A DNA stretch of 64,000 nt from Phoronis australis. Lineage: Eukaryota > Animalia > Phoronida. Numbering within the stretch: the first letter of the stretch is position 1; each line of letters begins with the position of its first letter. The notes beneath the pieces were generated by a model. The model had not been told where the DNA came from, made no database searches, and worked only from the letters and a program-made list of their open reading frames with translations. The stretch lies in NCBI GenBank assembly GCA_002633005.1, contig NMRA01000163.1:497961-561960 (forward strand), read 5' to 3'. A program made the translations under genes and the position numbers. This document shows, one piece after another, positions 9,721 to 21,700 of this stretch.

Positions 9721-12700
9721 CTAGAACCCATTAAAGAGTTATCGATAGAACGGAGCATTTATATTCGCCGACATGTACGTGTATATTAGAAAATACAGGT
9801 ATATCCGCTCCACAAATATTGCGGTATGGTAGACTGAATTGCTGTGATACCTGGCTATTAATCTAAGGTCAAATAAATGAAATCACTTTTCGTACTCAAT
9901 GTTGCGCCAACGGTGTACACCTACGACAGGGTGGCGTTCCGAAACTAGCGAGACACATGCGGCAAAAAATCCTCTTACGAAACAGAAAAGGTTAAATTTC
10001 CCCGGAATTCCACATTCTAGTCTCACTGATCAATCATTTCCGTGACGTCTCATGCTAGTCTACGCTAGTGAGGTATCGGGGTTACGTACTTGAGAAACCC
10101 TCGCCGTTCACTCGTGTGATTCTAGCAAGAATTTTGCCATACGGAACACACCCTAGTATTGGTTATGTGAACATTAACAATAACGTCGCTGGGCACAGCA
10201 CCGTGATCTTACCCTCCGTTCAAGTCATCGTCACTGCCCTCACTCTGTAGTGTGGTCGATGATTCCATGTAGGGCACACTTTCTGTAGAGTCAACCAGTT
10301 CAGACTTGTGATTGAAATAGGGGGAACTGAAATGGAGCATTGTCGGGAAAATATTTTTATGTCATGAGAAAACTACGTTGATAAAAAAGTATCACATCAA
10401 CTGTTAATCAAACTGACAGGATTCTTATAGATTTCCTATTTGCTCTAACAATATAATAGCCAATGAATTCAAAACTTCTCTCACAACATACCCGTGGTCT
10501 AGTATTTGAAATCAAACTGGAACCTAAGTCTGACATTTTCCATTCTTGTTGTGCGAGGCAAGTTACAATCATGCGCTCGAATACACTGTGGTTTACGTGT
10601 ATGAGTTTCTACTCCAGGTTGCATTTGATGACCCCTACGTCCAACTACATGTACAAACTAAAGCAAAAACTCGAGAATTCAGTTTTAGACTGGAACTTCT
10701 AGTTTTAATGCTGGGTTCATTAAGTGCGAACTAAGATCATGTCATCCCTGTAAACCACATATTGTACTGGGGCACACAATCAATAGATGTTTAGGCTACC
10801 TTGAGTAAGCATAACTGTTCCGTTTCGTGGAAAATTCCAAAAACAATTTCGAGTTCCATTTCGAGTACAAGTTTAGACGTCCGACCCTGGTGACTAACCA
10901 CCTACGGGGGCTCTCAAAAGTTTCACTAAGGCACAGCCCAGATGAAGAGCTAAGAAGCCAGCCAATTGCTTCCAGTGAATTAGTTAGGTGAGCAACAGTT
11001 CACATCAAGGCCTGATATACGACAACTGAATGAAATGGCCGGTAGTTTATTCAATTGTCAACACTTTGACCTGAGGTTTGTACCCAAACATCTTTCACTT
11101 TGGGTGGCCATCCGCCTGCTCTCAACTTAAAGCTCATCATGGTCTACGCACATCTGATGTAATTTAGAAATAGGACCGGATGTTCTCTTTCTTTACAATG
11201 CTCACAAAAATATAATGTGCTCTGGGGTCCATCTACAGTCTGCTGTACCTTTAATGCAAAGGTCTATACTTAGGCGACTTTTATTTTGGCTGAAGACGTT
11301 TCGGACGCAATAGGATTAAATTATTTCTATGTACTCCGAATAGTATCTCATAAGAAGGAATGAGATTATCAAGGTTATGATTGGTTCACACGAATTCTAA
11401 CTAGTATAAATATAAGGACAGTATTGGAAAACCGATACGTGAAGCGCCGGAGCGAGAACTATGGCTAACTTATGTTTGCCGTTATGGGACCAGGGTTAGA
11501 ATGGACCATCAAGCTACATGCTGTGTATGACCCTAAGTGTTACTGTCCTTTTGGGATAAAGACCTAGACTATCTCTTGTGAAAAACTTTGGAACCATCAC
11601 AAAACCTTACCTGCTGTTCAGTTCACCGGCATTCAAGTTAGTATCCGAAAGGGACACAGGGGCCTGAGTGTCCGGTGGATAGGTGATGACCCTCCCCCTT
11701 ATTGACCCGTGTACTGTCCTGTTCTCTTGTGACACTTTTTCTGCTGCCGCCTGTCCGGTTTGTCTGCTTAGAGAATGCCAGTTACCACTGGTAGCTGGCA
11801 TATTACTTTCCGTCGAACCTTCGTCAGACTTGATTGTGTACTCAAGCTCTTTGTCCTTGACTTGTGATGAAATACGTTTCTGCAGCATATCTTCCCACTG
11901 CTCAATATCGTCCTTTTTGCGATATCTTCGATTAGGCAAGGGTTTTACCTAACAAAATATTCATGTTCACACATTCAACGGGTAAACTGTTCCATATTCA
12001 TATTTTGACAAAGTGTTCGTTAAGTTGAATGCAAAGGAAAAAATCTTGACGTACAGATGAAGTTGCCATATGAAGCTACAAACCTGGACTATGCCGTGTA
12101 ATCATTGCAATCTTATTCAATTATGAACAACTACCTGTATGTCGGTTCCGATGCCACTCTCACTGCCTGATTGGAAAACAAATTCCGTGTCAGATTCGCT
12201 GGCACCACTGTCGGAGTCTGCGTTATATCCTCCCGAGAGTATAGCCTCTAAAGTTTTACCATTCTTGAGTTTATGTCTTCGTCCAAGAGTGTCATCGGCA
12301 TCTGATGATTGGGTGCTGTCAGCTGCTACGCAGCCAAAATTTAGCCTTTGTAAGAAACACAACACAGAGGGTAATAACGAAAAGTTGACGGGTTGCTAAT
12401 TTTGATTATCATCGCATGTATTGATTTAGGCAACATAGCTTAATGTCAGAGCACAATTTAATGCCTTGATGTACAGGCTTGTCCTACTTTCTTAACATTG
12501 TAAGGACGCTTTTAGATTTTTCGCTTCAATATTACAACTTCCCAAAAGCAGGCATTTTATTTGGTCTAGAAAAGACAAAGCCGTGCTAAATATTTAAGTT
12601 ATTCTCTAATAGACCTTTCGATTATTTGTTTGCAATTGTTGCACAGCTCCTGTACAATCGAATACTAACTTGACAACTAAGATGCTTAGGTTCTCTGTGG

Positions 12701-15700
12701 CACCATAACTCTGCGCCAGATCTTGCAACCTTTTGGCTGCCACCACGGGGTGAGTAATGTTGGCAACCTCCTGTACAGCTTCTTGATGTGAGACATACTG
12801 CCAAACGGTGGCGTTGGCAATTATGAGGAACTGATCATCCCTGCGCAGAGTTAGCTTCAACTCCCATGGTTCTGGGATGATCACTGGGAACATATAACTA
12901 CTGCCAATCATCCTTGTGACAGTCGATGAACCGTTCACTTTATTGTCCTGAAATTGTCGGTAAACAGTTGGTATTATGACAAATCACCATTAAATGAATA
13001 TTAAATACACGTGACGTACATGTATCTCATCCGCTAATGTGCACTAAATGCATTGTCATTAGTAAGCACACATAAAAATAAGACACAACTCTGAACCTAC
13101 CCAATGAATAGGTTGTACACAAATAGTACCAGAATTTTGCCATTCGCTAGCATACAAGCAGCTAGGACCATTTGTTAGTGTGTGCCTAACAATGTATTTC
13201 CAATCTAAGAATCACTGTTTCTGTAAATTCCTATAACTCTGTGATAACAAGCACTCATTTCAATGACCAGTGCTTTTTTCGAAGTATCTCTATTCCTGAG
13301 TGATTTATTTACTTCAGTGATGATGCCTCCAGCTTTGCGTATACGTTGACACTCGTCCTTATCATCAGTCACAGTGTGTAGTCTGGTCAAGGTAGTAGAC
13401 TCCCCACCACGACACAGAACTGCCCCGACATCTCCAACATTCACAATGTGCAGTGTCCACCTCTTCTTCTTGCCAACCCGTCGGAGGTGACACAGTGCTG
13501 CAGACGCACCCATGCGCTGACCGGTCTCACGCAGTTGTCTGGGCGAAAACAAACAGAAAGTTAACGTTTTGCTGAAACGCCTTAGTTTTGCTTGATAAGT
13601 ACCACCAACAACACGACGCTAGACATGGTGGAAAATGGTTGGGTATTTTTGCCGTTTTATGGACAAGCAAACCTTTCCTAGATATCAATGCAAATCACCA
13701 TGGTGAGCTGGCTATCCAAGCTCTTATGTTACACATAGGATGCGAACATTTCCATTCATTTACATTTACCTGTGTGAAATAAGGAACGCATATCGCAGTG
13801 CTTTATCGGCAGTCTTGGGATGGTCCATTTCTTTTTTGAGTGTGCGAGGGATGAGTTTTGACAGCAACCTTGGTACATCTCTATTTCGTCCACCATCAAA
13901 CATGCCGAACAATGCTTCATTCTGACCTCGAAAGTTGATGTCTTTTATCACTGTTACACATAGCCTGAAATAAAGTGAAATGTTGAATACGCTATTGTCA
14001 AAAGAGGATAAATAAAAATTGTGCAAACAAAGATGTACGCGGACTGCAGACACATGGGGCATGACTTTCGAAGAGTTTTTGGGTTTTTGACTTTCGGCTA
14101 AAAGTCAGTCTATTGATGACGTAGCCTAATTCACGTAAACAAGCTAGGTTGAAAATCTGACTACACATGAGAAGACAGATATCAGAAGTTTGCTCGACTA
14201 GACAGAAGACAAAACGTTTCGAAAAACGCCAAAGTCAAGACATCAACTTTCGCCTATTTGTACTCGATTTTCTGACTTTAGGTGAGGTCAAAACCCAACG
14301 TCTACTCGAGAAACGCGCCCCTGGCATGGTATTTCCCTCAGAGGGGGTTATTTACTTGAAAAAATGCTTCTGATACAGCACGCTGGTAACTAAATATTAC
14401 AAATTTTCATATATTAAATAGCTATTAAACCAAAGAGATTCTACAAAAAGGCAAAAAGTTAACCGAACTGTAGTCAAAAGAAAAAGTTATGGTTACTTGT
14501 TCCTAGAGCCAGATGTTTCTGTGTATCCCATCGCCCATGGCTTGTCTTCGTCTTGGCTGCTTTTGTTAGTTGTCCCAGGCAATAGTCTGTTTTGGCCCGT
14601 CATATCTACCATGGCAACATGTTTCACTTTCCTGGCAAATTCAAATAACAACATAAAGTTCATCTTATTTAAGTTTAATATAACGCCTACCTTGTTGGTA
14701 CTTTCCAAAACAATGTGTTTATTTGCTAATGGGCGCCGATTAGTTTAAGTTCGATTCGACATGCCATTATGAAACTGCATTTCGCCCTGTTTAGGTGAAT
14801 AGAAAACGGAACACGAACTTACAGTATACTCTGGTGAAATCAGTCTCTGATATGTTCCTTACCATGATAGGACTCCATTCCCTTACGGAATCGAGTCACA
14901 GTTAATGTGTATATTCGACATTTTCGAAATCACAATATTCGGGTTCGACAACTGTGACGTGATGTTCGATTACACGTTTTATTCGGATTATTGAACTTTA
15001 ATCGTAATAGTTTAGTCAAAGCTACTTCCTGTTGTCATCAACTTCCTGTCTCAGACCATGAGGTCATGATATAATAAAGTGATGTTTTATTAGTTAAAAT
15101 CTACGAGTTAACAGCAATTCGTTACATTGTGGCAGCGTGAACAGGACCCTGATGAACCACTGAAGAGGCGAGCGGACCAAACTTATGAAAAAGCATTGTG
15201 GTTTTGCTCATAATTCCTAAAGTAGTGAGCTTGATCTGGTGAGTCCATTCCAGTTTTTACTTTGACTTGACTTTGAAGACGTGTTTAAGAAGTCCCTGGT
15301 GTTTCAGATTGCGACTCACGATGGCCCACGCTTTTGGTCTACCTCCTCCCTCCCCCTTGGATTTGCACTCCAGCAATGTGGCAGAAGGATGGAGGAAATT
15401 CCGAGGTGCTTGGGCGAATTACTCGCTGGCATCGGAACTAAACAAGAAGCCGGAAAATGTCCAGGTAGCAACACTCCTTACTGTAATTGGAGAAGAGGCA
15501 AGAGATCTTTTCTACACATTCGACATGACTGATGCCGAAAGAGAACAGATTGGTGCTGTAATGGACAGGTTTGCGGCGCATAGCAAACCAAAAAAGGACA
15601 CCCCATTTGAGAGATACTGCTTTAATAAGCGTGTACAGGAACCAGGTGAATCGCACGAGCAGTGCAAGGCGGTTTTGCGAAAATTGGCCGAGAGGTGCGA

Positions 15701-18700
15701 GTTTGCTGACATCACGCCAGACGACATACTCAGAGATCGTTTGGCATTCGGCATTAGAGATCCCAAGGTACGTGAACGCCTACTCAGAGAAGCTTCACTG
15801 ACGTAGAAAAAAACGATGATATTTGCAGGGCAGCCGAATCAATATCAGGCTCAGCACAGATGAAGTTGGTTGGAGAGGCTACAACGGGCGTCCATGAAGT
15901 CAACACTAGAAAGAGGCACCAGCCAACCCAAAGGAACAAAAACAGACACAGGCAAACACAAGCAAACAGCATGAGTGTCAAAGATGTGGACTCAAGCATG
16001 GTGAAAAATGTCCTGCGAAAGGAAATTTTGTGCAGTTTCAGATCGACAGTGGAGCTGACACACCAGTTATCCCACGCCACATCTACAAAGAAGCTACGGG
16101 TGACCATACACAGGGCAAACTGGAGTCAGTGACATCGTGCATAGAGGCCTATGGAGGAAGCAAATTTCCGACAATGGGTCGAGTGATTCTCGGTGTTTCG
16201 AGATTTGATAGAAAATGCAACGTTAGATGTCTAGTGGTGGACAATCCAAATGGAAGACCCTTTCTAGGGGAGAAGGCGTGTGTTGATTTGAAAGTACTCA
16301 AATACACAGACAACGACGATATGAGACGACCCTACCCTAAGGATGCCAAGATATTCAAGATTACTACGGCGACGGCATCAAAACCAGTTTCAAAAGAAGA
16401 TTTTGTAAAAACATTCCCAGATGTATTCAGTGACAAGGTGGGAAAGCTTGAAGGGGAGCACCGCATCAGACCGGATGACAGTGTGCCAGCTGTACAGCAT
16501 GCACCACGCAGGGTACCATTGCCCCTCAGGGAACCCTTGAAAGCGAAGCTGGAAGTTCTTGTCAAGGATGGGATCATTGCCCCGATTGAAGAGCCCACGG
16601 AGTGGATCAACTTTATGGTTGCTGTCCGTAAAAAAGACAAACACCTGCGCATATGTTTGGACCCCAAACACCTGAATGGGGCCATTCTTCGAGAGCACTA
16701 CGAGACATCGCTACCAGATTGCACAACGCAAAAGTATTTTCCGTGCTGGACGTGACCAATGGTTTTTGGCATGTAGCTTTAACGGAAGAATCATACCGGT
16801 TGACAACCTTTCACACACCCTTTGGGAGATATAGATGGCTTCGTCTCCCTTTTGGAATAAAGTCAGCACCTGAAGTATTTCAGAGGAAAACACACGAGCT
16901 TATACAAGGTTTACGTGGCGTTGAGGTTCAGGCGGACGACTTCTTGGTAGCTGGTTGTGGGGACACTACAGAAGAAGCTGTACGTGATCACGACAACAAT
17001 CTCTCTACATTTTTACAACGATGCAAGGACAAGCATGTAGTACTGAACCGTAAGAAATTCAAGTTTAGGCAATCCTCTGTGGAATTCATCGGTCACATTG
17101 CCTCGGACAAAGGTATTCAGGCCGACCCAAGTAAAATCCTAGCTGTTTTGGACATGCCGTCTCCAGAAGATGTCAATGGTGTCCAGAGACTCTTAGGCTT
17201 GGCAGAATACTTGGGTAAGTTTTTGCCCAACCTCTCCAGTATTGTGGAACTTTTGAGAGCGCTTACAAGAAAGGAAGTTCCTTGGTCCTGGGATGGGCAA
17301 CAGGTGCAGGCATTCGAGCATGCCATCACAAGTACTCCCGATTCGCGATACTACAACCTGGATGAAGAGCTGACGATACAGTGCGATGCATCCCAGTCCG
17401 GACTTGGCGCAGCGTTGTTACAGAATGGACAACCCGTGGCCTACGCATCTCGAGCACTTACTTCAGCAGAGCAAAACTATGCTCAAATCGAGAAAGAGCT
17501 ATTAGCCATTGTCTTTGCCTGTGAGCGGTTTAACACATACATCTATGGTAGGCATCAGGTGATTGTCAACACAGATCACAAACCCTTGGAAATGATTGTG
17601 AAGAAGCCCTTGTATCAGTCACCAAAAAGGCTACAGCGCATGTTCCTAAGGCTACAGAAATATGCATTAACCATTACGTACATGTACGTTAAAGGAAAGA
17701 GCCTTTTCTTAGCGGATACTCTAAGTAGAGCATATCTGAAAAATACCTGTGAGGTGAAAGAGGTAGTGACCGTCAACTATGTGGAAGAATCGGATGCTTT
17801 GACAACTGACCTTTGGAGACAATTGGCAGCAGAGTCAGCCGGAGACCCAGCTCTTTCGGAGCTGAACAAGATGGTTCATGCTGGCTGGCCAGGCACACGC
17901 AGCGCAGCTTCGCAGGTTCTACGTCATTACTTTGGTACAGTGTATGCGCGACCAGCTGGTGTGCGAAGGACCCTTGGTGTTTAGAGGATGCCAGGTGATC
18001 ATTCCCAGGAGTATGAGGAGGCAAATGTTGTCGCAACTGCACTCAACTCACATTGGAATGGAGGGGTCTATTCGACGGGCTAGAGAGTCCATGTACTGGC
18101 CGGGCATGGCAGGTGACATCAGAGAATTCATCACACAATGCGACACATGTCTGTCATATCGGTCGAATCAACCAAGGGAGACTCTGATGACACATCCAGT
18201 GATAACATTACCATGGGCGAAGATTGCAGCTGACCTGTGTGAGTTCAATGGGAGAACTTTACTTGTGTTGGTGGATTTCTACAGCAATCATATAGAAGTC
18301 GCCAATTTGTCTTCAACGACATCCAGAGCTATCATCAAAGAGATGATGAGAGTCTTCGCTGTACATGGTGTTCCACAGGAGGTCTTTAGCGACAATGGGC
18401 CTCAGTTCAGTGCAGCAGAATTTGCAGTGTGTGCAGCAAAATGAAATTTCGTGCATAACACGTCATCCCCTCGTTATGCGCAATCCAACGGCAAGGCAGA
18501 AAATGCAGTAAAGACGGTGAAGCGGTTGTTCAAGAAATGTCAGTCGGACAAAACCTCAGAAATTCTTGCTTGACTGGCGAAACACACCAACTGAAGGTAT
18601 GTCCACGAGCGCCGCTGAACGTCTCATGGGACGAAGGTGTCGCACTTGTTACCGATGACAAATCGCCTACTGGAGCCACGACACACCAAGGAAGGTGACA

Positions 18701-21700
18701 TTCGAGATCTATGAGGACGCAAGGAGCGACAGCGTTTCTACTACAATAAAGGCTTAAAGGATATACCCACAATTGAGCTTGGTGATACTGTGCGTCTGAA
18801 GGTGCCGGGAGAGAACAAGTATACCCCCGGAATCTGCTGCAACCAGGTCGGTCCACGTAGTTACGACGTCCAAGTGGGACCAACAGTCTATAGGAGGAAT
18901 CGGTGAGATCTGTTGAAAACGGAAGAGCCCAAAGTGGCTGATGATCGCACAACACCGAGCCACCACATGAGTCAACAACACCCGAGTCACCACCAATAAC
19001 TCCAGAGGAGGTATTCCTGGAGCTCGTCCAGATGGAGTCCAACCACGACTATCGACTCGCGCGAGACGTACACCACATCGATTCGCGGACTTTGTTCTTA
19101 GTTCATAGTTTTCTAGTTCAGAGACTTTAGATAAGCTTTCAGTTCAGAAAGGGAAGGATGTGACGTGATGTTCGATTACACGTTTTATTCGGATTATTGG
19201 ACTTTAGTCGTAATGATAGTTTAGTCAGAGCTATTAGTCAGAGCTACTTCCTGTTGTCATCAACTTCCTGTCCCAGACCATGAGGTCATGATATAATAAA
19301 GTGATGTTTTATCAGTTAAAATCTACGAGTTAACAGCAATTCATTACAACAACCCAATTAAAATCTGAAGAGTTTTCTCGAGACGCTGATGGTTTCGGTG
19401 TTTTGGCCACAAAAATGCAATTCCCTCAAATTTTATTTTATTTCAGTTTTCGTAATAGGACTCTAATGAATACGATGTTCTATCTGTTTGTTGGGCTGCA
19501 CAGCAAAAATATCATTCATATTCAATATCCACATAGCCTGGTTACCATTTATTACAATCACCAGACAGATGATTTGAGGGACGTTGCATTCACGAACAAA
19601 CCATAGGCCTCTACAGTTGTAGATGGGTTGCACGGTGGTTCTCGAAAATTGACTTACACATTACAAACGTCAAGTGAACTTATAAATTTGTACTTGAATC
19701 ACGAGGCAGATTTTGTGTTTCAATCCCAGTCGAGCCTGGGTTTGGGGATTAAACCTTGGGCTCAAACTTCAATGTGGTAGAACGTGTACTTGCCTGACAG
19801 AGTTCAGCTCATCCTTGTCTAATTTCATGTTGGTATTGCACGACATGTCGAGAAGGTCTATTTGTGACGACATCAAGTCAGTTACCGATACATCCAACAG
19901 TCTGTTGCAGCCAACATCCAGTACCTACAGGATGCATAACCAGAGACGTTACCGCATGTATTTATTTCGTCAGATTCACCTCTGATTGTTTGAGTTCATT
20001 AAGCTGTGTGAAATAAAAATGCAACAACACTTGCAGAATTATTCAGATTGTTTTCAAACAAAATAATAAATTCTAAGTATCTAGATATTGTAACTAGTAC
20101 AAATATTCAATGAAATTGCACAAGTTACCGTGATTAAAGAAAAAGACAATAGCTCAAGCGAGAACGTTGATAAATAGCGATAAAACGCAAACATAAAAGG
20201 TAAATGCATACAACAACTATTGTTCAAATTTATGTTCTTAGACACGTTTTGTTTCTCCACACACCCATGATGTTAAACAGATACCAGTCACGTGTACTTC
20301 TTGTAATAAATACTGAAAAACATTTTACTAAGCTCGGTGTAAATTAAATAAATAATGAGCTATCGTTTCTAGCGTCATACTTTCAGCTTGATTTATCTTA
20401 TAACCTTAGACTAATCATAGTTCTTTGATCCCGAATCTCATAAATTTATTCAATAGTTTATTGTGATTAAATGGTTGTCAGCAACAGCCATTTGCTTTTT
20501 ATTGATATGCCAGTTAGTAACTGGATCACGTGTCTCTATTTTTGGTAAATTTGACTGAAGGACATTACCTGGGAGTATTGGTCCTAGCCATTACTAACAA
20601 ACCAACGGTATCAATAACGTGACCACATTTCATTTGATAAAAATTTCCAAAGATGAAACCTCTCAAATGCAGTTACTAATTTGTTTTTATTTCGTGCAAC
20701 TTTTGAGTTTTTCATGGAAATCTTATATTGGGAAGCACGTAAAATCCCTAACAGAAAATTTTATATGAATACCATCAGCCACTTTCGAGTTTTGATGTTA
20801 CAAATTTAGACATTTTTCTAGGGTTCCACTTAACCTTAAGTAATGTACTGTCTTAGATTATGCTCTACCTTGAGGTTTCTGGCTTTGCTGAGGTTCGGTA
20901 AGTTCCTCAGCAGATTCGAATGGGCTCTTAATACTCTCAGTTCCGGGAGAACTCCAACAGAATCAGGTAAGAACCGCAGTTTGTTTGCAGAAACATTCAG
21001 TTCTGTCAGCATCTCCAAGTTTTCGGTAAACCTGTCAATTGTAGCGGTTACATGAATTTATTAGATGTGTGGACTTTGCATTCCACAGTGCATTGGCAGT
21101 AATACTGAAAGCAAGATAAGAAAGATGTGTAAATGATGCACTCGAGTTCGCTTTTTGCTCGTCAATGTACGTGACAACATTATATTGACATAAATGTTCA
21201 TATTATGAGAAATAACGTAATTTTTTCCAAAGTAGATTGGTCAATTTATACCAATCTCTCTAACCCATTTAAACCGCCACGACGTTTCTGTCGGCCATGT
21301 CTCCTGCCATCGTTAGATTTGACAGCGTTCTTAGAAGGACAACCAAACTTGTCTGGTGTATTCACGGTGGGCACCGTCAGTTCACGATGCGGTTTGAACG
21401 TAGGACTATTAGGTTGACAGTCTACCACTCTAACCGCTAGGCAATTGGGCCATCCGTTAACTTGGAGTGTAAAATGATATGCGCTGTACTTTGTATCTTA
21501 GGGTTAGCTTGGTTTCGTTTGGCTGCTTAGTTGACTTATTGCCATGTAGCTTCATGGGCATAAGTTGTTGATCTTTCTTCTAATCCAGCTTATTTCATTG
21601 TCGAGCATCCGTACCTTTGCTGCTGCTGCTTCCGCCGCCGCCGCTGCTGCCGCTGAACTGTTGCATTTTCTACACCATTACTTGCGTTTAGATCTAAGAA

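Larger units (their letters stand above)
14953..19348 (+). mobile_element. Ty3/Gypsy LTR retrotransposon with both LTRs (probably Mag-like), decayed, intronic and antisense to PHLPP
   Basis: LTRs 14953-15126 and 19159-19348 (TG...CA), 5-bp TSD ACAAC at 14948-14952 and 19349-19353, PBS-like TTGTGGCAGCG at 15127, PPT AGAAAGGGAAGGA at 19146-19158, order gag-PR-RT-RH-IN. Confidence 0.96.

Noticed and set aside
11289-11312. CTGAAGA / GAAACGTC hammerhead-like words
   Set aside because: The two words lie on opposite strands and no complete core can be built.
12615-12669. Extension of the PP2C exon to a GT at 12614
   Set aside because: It gives phase 0, incompatible with the next exon. The donor at 12669 fits.
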